The notes beneath the pieces are model-generated. The model was not told where the DNA came from. It worked only from the letters and a program-made list of their open reading frames with translations, and searched no databases. Shown one piece after another: positions 1 to 7,394 of a DNA stretch of 64,000 nt. Origin of the DNA: a virus (taxonomy: Duplodnaviria > Caudoviricetes); the IMG/VR virus record IMGVR_UViG_3300025732_000016; one strand, written 5' to 3'. Position 1 is the stretch's first letter, and each line of letters begins with the position of its first letter. Position numbers and translations under genes: made by a program.

Positions 1-434
1 CGCTTCTTCGCCCACTCAAACTTGCCGTCCGCTATCGCTTTCGCACCGTCCCAGTTGTACTTCTTCAGGAGAGCGATCACGCCGGGAGAAGCCTTGTAGG
101 TCTTGCCCTGGTACACTGCGGTCATGGTCGCCTCGAGGAGACGGGACTCGCTCATCGGAGAAGTCATCTCCTCGACGACCCCGTTTCTCATCATGAGGCC
201 AGATCCCGTATAGTCGATCTCGCTCGGGTCGTCGAGGTCGAGCTCCCTGGCGAGATCATAGGAAAAGATCCTCTTCCCCTGGAGACCACCGAGCTCCACC
301 CACTTGTCCCAGACTCGCTGCGGGTCTGGAGTTCCCGTGACGCTGGACGTTCCGCTGTGCCAGGAGTCGTAGAGAGACTCTCGGAGAATTTCCTCCCTGA
401 CGATCCTGCGAAGCTGCGATTCGGTGATCCTCAT
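1..434 (-). CDS. Partial (3'-truncated by window edge) putative head/internal virion protein with conserved leader
   Basis: Own translation from ATG at 434: MRITESQLRRIVREEILRESLYDSW...; open to window start; not in ORF track because no stop in window. Confidence 0.75.
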   Translation of the reverse strand, partial: MRITESQLRRIVREEILRESLYDSWHSGTSSVTGTPDPQRVWDKWVELGGLQGKRIFSYDLARELDLDDPSEIDYTGSGLMMRNGVVEEMTSPMSESRLLEATMTAVYQGKTYKASPGVIALLKKYNWDGAKAIADGKFEWAKK

Positions 435-441
435 GGTGATC

Positions 442-1011
442 TCAGTAGCGCCTGCGCCCGTATCTGCTTCTTCCGTAGCTGCTATATCCGCCACCGTAGC
501 CGCCACCGTATCCGCCGCGGCGACCGCCTCCCTCGTAAGGGACAGAGTCACCATCCTTGTAGAGACCGTGGGACTCGGGGTCGGAGTCGAAGTACTCGTC
601 ATTTCCCTCGTCGTCTCCAAGGTAGGTCTTCCCGTTCTTGCGGAAGAGGATCTGCTCGTACTCGAGGAGCCTCTGGGCCTCCTCACGGATGATCTGGCGG
701 AGCTTTGTCTCCGTAAGTCTGATAGCCATGTTTTTCTCCACGTTCTCTTGAATCTTTATCACCAGACGTCCGGTCCCCCGGACGATCCTGTGCCATGTCT
801 TCGCTGGTATGTTGTAGGTATTCCCTTCAACGAGAGGAATGGGTAGTCCCTTCTCGAGCTGGAGTTTCCAGCCATTGCCCTCGATGACCGCCACACGCCT
901 GTCATTCTTGTCCTGGTGCCAGATGAGATCGTCTGACCTCGTGTCGCTGCGAAATTCCCTGAGCGTGGAGTCTCCCACGACCCTCTGCCTGTAGGGACGG
1001 GGAGTCTCCAC
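442..1011 (-). CDS. Cupin-fold protein fused in frame to a leader-bearing, RGG/YGG-tailed protein
   Basis: GTG start overlapping upstream TAG; cupin-like WHQD...WHRIVRG motifs; internal GGAG RBS + ATG at 729 (MAIRLTETKLRQIIREE); C-term RRGGYGGGYGGGYSSYGRSRYGRRRY. Confidence 0.7.
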   Translation of the reverse strand: METPRPYRQRVVGDSTLREFRSDTRSDDLIWHQDKNDRRVAVIEGNGWKLQLEKGLPIPLVEGNTYNIPAKTWHRIVRGTGRLVIKIQENVEKNMAIRLTETKLRQIIREEAQRLLEYEQILFRKNGKTYLGDDEGNDEYFDSDPESHGLYKDGDSVPYEGGGRRGGYGGGYGGGYSSYGRSRYGRRRY

Positions 1012-1688
1012 TACCACCAACCCGGGACCTTGCGTCCGAACATCTTAGTGGATCGACACGCCCAGTAGCTCGCTGACATCTTGTTCTTGTTCTTCGCGCA
1101 ACCGTGACGGGCGGCGAAGGATTTCCGGCGCGCCTTGTGCTTCGGTGAGTCACCCATCGCGTCCGGCATTCCGGAGCCGAAGGAGATCTTCTTCACCTTC
1201 CCAGACTTCGGGTCCCTCACGTAGACGTGGGCCCGCCCGCCTGATCGCTTCGCGCCCTTCGTGCCGAGCTGGACTTCCCTTCCCTTGTACTTCGCCTCGT
1301 TGACAGTGCCCTCGTCCCACATCGGGAAGTCGAGGGGAACCCACTTGCCCTCGCACACGCCGAACTGGCCGATGTCAGACTCGAGGAGCTCCGCCTCGGC
1401 GTCCGTCGCCTCGTAGAGCCCGCCGTAGTAGAGCTTCCTCGCCTCATTGAAGAGAGAGAAGAATTCTGTCGTGCCTGGCCTGTAGACATTCTCGTCGAGA
1501 TCCAGCCGGTTACCGAGATGGTACCTCATACCCTCTGAGAGGGTTACACGAGACTCCCTAAGGGACTCAGAGACACTCTTGGTTTCCGGATGTGGATTAC
1601 CATTGGTGGCACCGGAGTGAGTGACAGAGAGACTCCGAGAGATCTCCTCTCTCACGACCCTCCGCAGCTGGGCTTCGGCGATCCGCAT
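1011..1688 (-). CDS. Hypothetical virion-associated protein with basic Cys/His C-terminal domain
   Basis: Leader MRIAEAQLRRVVREE; C-term VYVRDPKSGKVKKISFG...RRKSFAARHGC...YWAC resembles a small domain common in large phages. Confidence 0.7.
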   Translation of the reverse strand: MRIAEAQLRRVVREEISRSLSVTHSGATNGNPHPETKSVSESLRESRVTLSEGMRYHLGNRLDLDENVYRPGTTEFFSLFNEARKLYYGGLYEATDAEAELLESDIGQFGVCEGKWVPLDFPMWDEGTVNEAKYKGREVQLGTKGAKRSGGRAHVYVRDPKSGKVKKISFGSGMPDAMGDSPKHKARRKSFAARHGCAKNKNKMSASYWACRSTKMFGRKVPGWW

Positions 1689-1694
1689 GGGAGC

Positions 1695-2261
1695 TCAGTG
1701 TCCCCGCTTGTATTCGTACTTGAGGTAGTCATGGATGACGTCCATGTACTCGTCTGTCACCGCGATCTTCTCCTGTATCCACTCGGGAAGCTGGTCCTGG
1801 TCTCCCACCATGTCGTGGAGAGACTGGGCCTTCGTGGCGATGGAGTAGAGGTTTGACTTTATCATCCCCGCCTGTTCCCCCGCGCCGTGGTCCTCGAACT
1901 TCTTTCCGCCCGAGTGGTTGTCAACCGGGTGGTAGTCGTCTGCCTTCTGTAGGGAAATCGCGTACTCCTCTCCGCACTCCTTGATGATCTTCCGGAGCCT
2001 GCCGATTAGCTTCGATTCCTTGATGGGCTTCTCGTTCACCCTGAAGCCGGGGAGGAGGTTCTTCTTCCTCGTGAGCTGGATGTTGCGGAGGACCTCCGCG
2101 GCCTGGTCCACGTTGAAACCGAACTCGATGATGAGGTCACCGACTGTCAGGGTCTCCACAAGCTCAACTGACTCCTGTGGAATGTCTTGGCCGAGGTAGG
2201 GTCCCCGCAGAGACTCGAGGACCCTGCTGATGTCCTCAGACTTTTTCTTGTCGAATGCCAT
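1695..2261 (-). CDS. Hypothetical protein (likely virion-associated)
   Basis: Probable ATG at 2261 (MAFDKKK); internal LRKIIKE motif; C-term QLPEWIQEKIA...DYLKYE. Confidence 0.7.
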   Translation of the reverse strand: MAFDKKKSEDISRVLESLRGPYLGQDIPQESVELVETLTVGDLIIEFGFNVDQAAEVLRNIQLTRKKNLLPGFRVNEKPIKESKLIGRLRKIIKECGEEYAISLQKADDYHPVDNHSGGKKFEDHGAGEQAGMIKSNLYSIATKAQSLHDMVGDQDQLPEWIQEKIAVTDEYMDVIHDYLKYEYKRGH

Positions 2262-2288
2262 GTCACGCTCCGTTGCTATATCTATACC

Positions 2289-2759
2289 ATGAACGACTGC
2301 TCTGACTACCTCACCGCTTACATTGGCTTCCTCCGCGGAGCCTACCACTGGTTTCACTCGGCGCACCACGTGACGAGGGGGGTCGGATTCCCTGGCGACC
2401 ATGACCTCTACTCTGACATCTACACAGACTACCTCGGTCTCATAGACGGGACAATCGAGAAGGCGGTGGGGCTGAGCAACATAGAGGCTTGCGCAGCCGT
2501 CCTACCGACGCTGTCGATAGCGTGCCAGGTCGTAGAGCGTTATCCCTGTCCGACTGGGTCGACGGCTCTCGGCATCGCTTCGACGGCCTTCCAGGTCGAG
2601 AAGGATTTTGTCAGCGTCACTGAAGAGCTCTTCAGGACCCTTGAGAGCGCAGGCCAGCTCTCTCTCGGACTCAATGACTTCCTCGCAGCTACGGCGAACA
2701 AGCATGAGACTTTCGTCTACAAGCTCCAGCAGAGGATGAAGTCAGAGGTTCAGGACTAG
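2289..2759 (+). CDS. Ferritin-like / Dps-like four-helix-bundle protein
   Basis: ATG at 2289; HWFHSAHHVTRGVGFPGDHDLYSDIY matches the Dps-type H-W-x-V-x-G-x-x-F-x-x-x-H pattern; NKHETFVYKL C-terminal helix; divergent from 1695..2261. Confidence 0.7.
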   Translation: MNDCSDYLTAYIGFLRGAYHWFHSAHHVTRGVGFPGDHDLYSDIYTDYLGLIDGTIEKAVGLSNIEACAAVLPTLSIACQVVERYPCPTGSTALGIASTAFQVEKDFVSVTEELFRTLESAGQLSLGLNDFLAATANKHETFVYKLQQRMKSEVQD

Positions 2760-4577
2760 TCACTCCACGGTGACGGACTTCGCGAGGTTCCTGGGACGGT
2801 CGATGTCCCTACCGAGCAGGTTCGCTACCTCGTAGGCGAGAAGCTGGAGTGGGATGACGGTGAGAAGTGGGCTAGCGAGGTGGTGGCCCGCTCCGGGGAC
2901 GGGGATGAAGTGGTCGCTCAACGCCTCGACCTCCTCATCAAGGGGGTCGGCGATTGAGATGATCTTCGCGCCCCTCGCCTTCGCCTCGATGATGTTGGAG
3001 ACCGTCTTGTCGCGCCACTGGTCCTTGGGAACGATGGCGATGAGCGGAGTCTCACTGTCGATGAGGGCAATGGGACCGTGCTTCATCTCTCCGGCAGGAT
3101 AAGCGAAGGAAGGGATGTAGGAGATCTCCTTCAGCTTCAGAGCGCCTTCCATTGCCACGGGAGCAGAGACTCCCCTGCCGATGAAGAAGACCTGCTTTGC
3201 TCCGTAGACAGACTGTGCGACCTCCCTCACTATCTCTGGCCCACCGTCCAGCCAGCGATTCACAGCCTCGGGAATCTCACCGAGAGCCTTCGAGACCCGC
3301 CATCCCTCCACCGAGGAGAGACCTCGTGTCGTCCCGAAGGAGAGGGCAAGGAGGAGGAGTGCGGTGACCTGTGAGGTGAAGGCTTTCGTGGATGCGACCG
3401 CCTGCTCAGGCCCGCTGTGGATGTAGACTCCCTGCCCACACTCCCTCGCGATTGTCGATCCCACCACGTTGATGACACCTGCGACATGGGCTCCCCGTGA
3501 CTTCACCATCCTGAGGGCGTGGAGGGTGTCCGCAGTCTCACCGGACTGGGAGACGCCGAGGTAGAGATCGTCAGTCCCGATGGGCGGGTTGCGGTATCTC
3601 AGCTCCGAGGCAATCTCTGCGTTCGTCCTCAGACCAGCCAGCTCCTCGAAGGCGTGTGCTGCGACCAGGCCAGCGTGGTAAGAGGTCCCACAGGAGACGA
3701 TGCCGAGGTTCTGGAGGTTGACGATCTCTCTCGGTGTCAGGTTGATGCCACCCAGCTTCGCGGTGTTCTCGAGGAGACGACCAGTCATGCAGCGTCGGAG
3801 AGTCGTGGGCTGCTCGTAGATCTCCTTCAGCATGAAGTGCGGGTGGTTACCCTTCTCAGCGTCAACCCACTCCTCTGAGATCGTCACCGCCCTCCTTGCC
3901 GCGAGGGATCCACCGTGCTTCTCGATCTCCCAGCCCTCCATCGTCACTGAGGCGACATCACCGTCCTCGAGGTAGACGACTTCTCTCGTGTGCTGAGCAA
4001 ACGCGGATGAGTCTGATGCAATCCAGTTCTCACCCTTCCCGACACCGATTACGATGGGCGATCCATTCCGTGCCACGAGGATCGTCCTCGGACTGAGTGA
4101 GGAGACAACTGCGATCCCGTAAGTCCCCCTGAGTAGAGGGAGGGTCTCGAGGAGGGCGGCGAGGAGGTCGCCCCTGTAGTGCTTCCTGATGAGGTGAGGG
4201 ATGACCTCTGTGTCCGTCTCTGAGAGGAAAGCAGCACCCTCTGCAGTGAGCTGGTTTCTCAGTTCCGCGTAGTTCTCGATGATCCCGTTGTGGACAACCG
4301 CAATGTTCCCACTCATGTCTGTATGAGGGTGGGTGTTCGGGATGGTGACGCCACCGTGTGTCGCCCACCTCGTGTGACCGACCCCCGCCCTGCCCTCGAG
4401 GTTCGCGTTCTCAGCCAGGAACTTCACCTGACCGAGAGCCTTCGATGTCACGATGTGTCCGCCATCAAAAACGGCGATTCCGGCGCTGTCGTATCCACGA
4501 TACTCCAGACGCCGGAGGCCCTCGATGAGGATTGGGGTTGCCTGCTTCTTGCCGATGTAACCTACGATTCCACACAT
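2760..4577 (-). CDS. glmS: Glutamine--fructose-6-phosphate aminotransferase (isomerizing)
   Basis: MCGIVG Ntn N-terminus, EYRGYDSAG, GHTRWATHG, HNGIIEN, SQSGETADT, C-term RPRNLAKSVTVE; 605 aa. Confidence 0.97.
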   Translation of the reverse strand: MCGIVGYIGKKQATPILIEGLRRLEYRGYDSAGIAVFDGGHIVTSKALGQVKFLAENANLEGRAGVGHTRWATHGGVTIPNTHPHTDMSGNIAVVHNGIIENYAELRNQLTAEGAAFLSETDTEVIPHLIRKHYRGDLLAALLETLPLLRGTYGIAVVSSLSPRTILVARNGSPIVIGVGKGENWIASDSSAFAQHTREVVYLEDGDVASVTMEGWEIEKHGGSLAARRAVTISEEWVDAEKGNHPHFMLKEIYEQPTTLRRCMTGRLLENTAKLGGINLTPREIVNLQNLGIVSCGTSYHAGLVAAHAFEELAGLRTNAEIASELRYRNPPIGTDDLYLGVSQSGETADTLHALRMVKSRGAHVAGVINVVGSTIARECGQGVYIHSGPEQAVASTKAFTSQVTALLLLALSFGTTRGLSSVEGWRVSKALGEIPEAVNRWLDGGPEIVREVAQSVYGAKQVFFIGRGVSAPVAMEGALKLKEISYIPSFAYPAGEMKHGPIALIDSETPLIAIVPKDQWRDKTVSNIIEAKARGAKIISIADPLDEEVEALSDHFIPVPGAGHHLASPLLTVIPLQLLAYEVANLLGRDIDRPRNLAKSVTVE

Positions 4578-4583
4578 GAAAGG

Positions 4584-4611
4584 ACTATAACGCGAGGAGC
4601 GCAGGTGTACA
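4584..4611 (-). promoter_or_regulatory. Putative phage promoter TGTACA-N16-TATAGT upstream of glmS
   Basis: Member of recurring TGWAMA-N15/16-TAnnnT class. Confidence 0.55.
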
Positions 4612-4652
4612 CGAAGTCAGATGTCCATGCACACGCTGACGCCACGGATACG

Positions 4653-5288
4653 CTATCTACCCACAAGGATTCTTATTATCTCGTTAGCGAGATGGTTGCT
4701 CGGCATGGAACCGTGCTGCTTTGCAAGCTTGATGTAGTCTGGGTGCTTCATGATCTGGGCAGAAAGTCTATCAGTCTTACCCGTCTTTCTTGCATAATCG
4801 ATAGATCTCTTTGGAATTGAAGAGGCAAAGAGCGGTGCCATCTTCTGGGCTGCTGCTACAGTATCAGCTCCCCCCCTGCTACCGAGTCGATCGAGAGCAG
4901 CCGCCTGTGCCCATGTCTCAGGGGTGTCCTGGAACTCTTCGACCTGACTCAGGACGTCGAGAATCTGGTCGTCGTCCATAGGCTGGAGTTGCATTGAAAC
5001 CAGTGAAGCCATCTCGGCTGTGTCTGGGTCGTCCTCTGCGCCACCGAGGATTTGGAGGAGGATGCCCATTGCTCCCTCGGCGTCTCCCATCCCGATGTAT
5101 GACCTGATGGTACGAAGATCAGAAGCGTGTGGGTTCGTAAACGCGATAATCTCCTGAATGGTCTGGGGGAGGTCGAGATTCTGGTAAAAGCTCTCGCGTA
5201 GACGGCGGGAACGTGGACGACGTGAAAGCTTTGCAGCCTCCTCACGGATGATCTGGCGAAGACGTGACTCTGTAAGACGGATTGCCAT
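4653..5288 (-). CDS. Hypothetical protein with conserved leader (putative internal head protein)
   Basis: MAIRLTESRLRQIIREEAAK; RBS GGAGAAAATCAA. Confidence 0.8.
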   Translation of the reverse strand: MAIRLTESRLRQIIREEAAKLSRRPRSRRLRESFYQNLDLPQTIQEIIAFTNPHASDLRTIRSYIGMGDAEGAMGILLQILGGAEDDPDTAEMASLVSMQLQPMDDDQILDVLSQVEEFQDTPETWAQAAALDRLGSRGGADTVAAAQKMAPLFASSIPKRSIDYARKTGKTDRLSAQIMKHPDYIKLAKQHGSMPSNHLANEIIRILVGR

Positions 5289-5318
5289 TTGATTTTCTCC
5301 TATGCTGAAATTGAAAGT

Positions 5319-5744
5319 TCAGGTACGTGACCAAGGGATGGCCCCTGGCCTTTTCTCACCGGTCCTGGCATCAGTGCACAAGTCATCCCAGACGGAACGC
5401 TTTATGGAGTCATCCATCATATCAGTGTTGAGTCCCATCTTGTTCGCGAAATCGTTGAACGTCTTGAGGGCTGCCATCGAGTACTTGGGATCACGAAGGG
5501 CAGACATTATCATTACGCCGTACGAGCTACCCGATGGTGACCTTGGATGCTTTGTGGATGCGAGCTTGTCAAAGAGACGGTTCCCTGCATTTCTCATTGC
5601 AGCGGCTGATTGGTACTTCAGTCCTTTGACGAATGGCTCAGCGATGGAGCCCTCTGGGTCGGATGAAACGAGTGGTGATCCCATCTCATTGATTTCCTGT
5701 CTGATGATCTTGCGGAGACGAGACTCTGTAAGACGGGTTGACAT
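5319..5744 (-). CDS. Hypothetical protein with conserved leader (putative internal head protein)
   Basis: ATG 5744 with GGAG RBS; MSTRLTESRLRKIIRQEINEM. Confidence 0.8.
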   Translation of the reverse strand: MSTRLTESRLRKIIRQEINEMGSPLVSSDPEGSIAEPFVKGLKYQSAAAMRNAGNRLFDKLASTKHPRSPSGSSYGVMIMSALRDPKYSMAALKTFNDFANKMGLNTDMMDDSIKRSVWDDLCTDARTGEKRPGAIPWSRT

Positions 5745-5798
5745 ATGAATTTTCTCCAACGAACAATCCTTACATATACACTCACGAGGTAAAAACAA

Positions 5799-5828
5799 CA
5801 CCGGCCTGGCAAAAACGCCAGGCCGGTG
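5799..5828 (-). terminator. Rho-independent terminator
   Basis: 12-bp perfect stem CACCGGCCTGGC/GCCAGGCCGGTG, followed by TTGTTTTT on minus strand. Confidence 0.85.
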
Positions 5829-5848
5829 GAGGCTAGTGCCTCAGTCGA

Positions 5849-6097
5849 TCAGGTGCGACCCTGAGCGTCCGTGTCGTCGCCGCTGATGTAGGGGCGGGTG
5901 TTGGGACCACCACGGACCTGGAAGTACCGGCCGTTGTAGCGGACCACGGCATAGCCGGAGCGCTGGACCGGAACGCGGATGATGGTCTCATTGGTGTTGG
6001 TAACGCGGATGCCAATGGGGGTGCGATTGCTGACGAACATGTGTACTTTGCTCCTTGCTTTGTTGATCGCCGGTTGGAAACCATTTCCTTCCGACAT
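5849..6097 (-). CDS. Hypothetical protein (82 aa)
   Basis: ORF bracketed by its own promoter-like motif and terminator. Confidence 0.65.
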   Translation of the reverse strand: MSEGNGFQPAINKARSKVHMFVSNRTPIGIRVTNTNETIIRVPVQRSGYAVVRYNGRYFQVRGGPNTRPYISGDDTDAQGRT

Positions 6098-6101
6098 TGA
6101 G

Positions 6102-6128
6102 ATTGTATTCCGGTGTCCCCGGTTTACA
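6102..6128 (-). promoter_or_regulatory. Putative promoter TGTAAA-N15-TACAAT
   Basis: 14-mer TACAATCTCAATGT (6094-6107) identical to that at 53191-53204. Confidence 0.6.
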
Positions 6129-6132
6129 ACAA

Positions 6133-6360
6133 TCAGACGACTCGACCGTCAATCTGGTCGATGTAGTTTTCGCACTCGGGCTCAGAAGCGCCGAGCTTCG
6201 CCTTGATGCGGACGATGCGGATCGCCGCGCTGAGTGCCTTCATGTCAATCTTGTCCTTGTACTCCTCCACGAGAGCCTTGCGGTCATCGCTGAGAAGCTT
6301 CATCTCATTCTCGATCGAGGTGAGACGCTCCATGAACTCCTTGACTACTGTATCTGCCAT
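6133..6360 (-). CDS. Small dsDNA-binding protein, GapR/DUF2312- or T4 DsbA-like
   Basis: FMERLTSIENEMKLLSDDRKALVEEYK..IDMKAL..AIRI pattern typical of that family. Confidence 0.6.
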   Translation of the reverse strand: MADTVVKEFMERLTSIENEMKLLSDDRKALVEEYKDKIDMKALSAAIRIVRIKAKLGASEPECENYIDQIDGRVV

Positions 6361-6372
6361 TGCTTCTTCTCT

Positions 6373-6555
6373 CTAGTTGGGCCCGAACTCTTCTTCGGGT
6401 GGTTGGTAGATGAACTCTTCGTGGAATGACCCGCAGGTCGGGCACTCACCCTCGCTGAAGGTGCCGCCGGCGGTCAGGACGCTTGCAAGATCATCAAAGA
6501 TGTCAGCCAGCGCTGGAATCTTCGCCGCCTCGATCTTCAACAGGAACGACCCCAC
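6373..6555 (-). CDS. Small hypothetical protein with one CxxC
   Basis: GTG at 6555 with GGAG 7 nt upstream; CPTCG; overlaps 3' end of upstream gene. Confidence 0.5.
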   Translation of the reverse strand: MGSFLLKIEAAKIPALADIFDDLASVLTAGGTFSEGECPTCGSFHEEFIYQPPEEEFGPN

Positions 6556-6835
6556 TGGTAGCTCCACTATTCCGCTTTCCCGCACGAGTGTCGCTCCGTG
6601 GGGGAGCAGTATCCTCGGCGGTAAGTCCTTCCTTCTTTTCGGGTGCTTTGGCGGCTTCAATCTTCACCTCTAGTGGAGGAGGGAACAGTGCGTTGATCGT
6701 CTCCTCCGGAGGCGGCAGGACGCCGTGCTCTCTGAGGTGGGCGAGGAAGGTCTCTCTCGTCGTGAGGGAGTTGCGGGTGATGAACGCATTCACGTCAATC
6801 CTACGCCTCGTGATGAAATTCTCCCATGGTGTCAT
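6503..6835 (-). CDS. Hypothetical protein (110 aa)
   Basis: ATGA overlap with upstream gene; MTPWENFITRRRIDV. Confidence 0.65.
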   Translation of the reverse strand: MTPWENFITRRRIDVNAFITRNSLTTRETFLAHLREHGVLPPPEETINALFPPPLEVKIEAAKAPEKKEGLTAEDTAPPRSDTRAGKRNSGATSGVVPVEDRGGEDSSAG

Positions 6836-7098
6836 GCTTCAATCTCCTCTGTGCTGTATTGTATGGCTCTTTTCAGAAAGAGTGTAATCGCGAGACGAGC
6901 GACATGCTCTCCCCTCTCGGTAACTAGCTCTTCGTGGAGGTCCTTTAGGGACTTTGCTGCCTGCGACTCGGTGTCAAGTCCCGAGAGAGAGGCCTTGCAC
7001 TTTTCGATGACCTGGGAGAGGGCTTCCTCATCCCACTCGAGGGCCTCGAGGAGCTCTGTCTCCTCAGCGAGGTTCGGCGGAACGAGGAAGGGTCTCAC
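6832..7098 (-). CDS. Hypothetical protein (88 aa)
   Basis: Translationally coupled ORF in sigma operon. Confidence 0.65.
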   Translation of the reverse strand: MRPFLVPPNLAEETELLEALEWDEEALSQVIEKCKASLSGLDTESQAAKSLKDLHEELVTERGEHVARLAITLFLKRAIQYSTEEIEA

Positions 7099-7394
7099 TT
7101 GTTCCGCTTCCGAATCTCATCAGAGATGATGTCCATCATCGCCTCCTGGAAGCGGGGGTCGCTGGCCACCCGCCAGGACTCATGGTCGAGCTCGGTGCCA
7201 GACTTGCCGTGAAGGGCGAGGAGGGGACGGGAGACCTTCATGAGGCCACGGAGGAGGACGTTGCGGGCAGTGGCGTGATTCATCTCATCGCCGCTCTCCG
7301 TCATCTTCTCCGCGATCTCTCGGAAACCGAGACCGATGTCAGAGGAGACGGTGGAGTAACCGTGCTGGGAACGATGACCCTTGGGCATGGACAT
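7095..7394 (-). CDS. Helix-turn-helix protein resembling sigma70 region 4.2
   Basis: LGFREIAEKMT...NHATARNVLLRGLMKV; GGAGGT RBS; TAATG overlap with sigma gene stop. Confidence 0.65.
   Translation of the reverse strand: MSMPKGHRSQHGYSTVSSDIGLGFREIAEKMTESGDEMNHATARNVLLRGLMKVSRPLLALHGKSGTELDHESWRVASDPRFQEAMMDIISDEIRKRNK

Noticed and set aside
4578-4652. glmS ribozyme upstream of glmS
   Set aside because: Gap is about 75 nt and the promoter sits about 6 nt from the start codon, leaving no room
6503-6660. KIEAAK in two overlapping frames suggesting a programmed frameshift or duplication
   Set aside because: No slippery heptamer seen, and the downstream ORF has its own RBS and GTG; treated as coincidence
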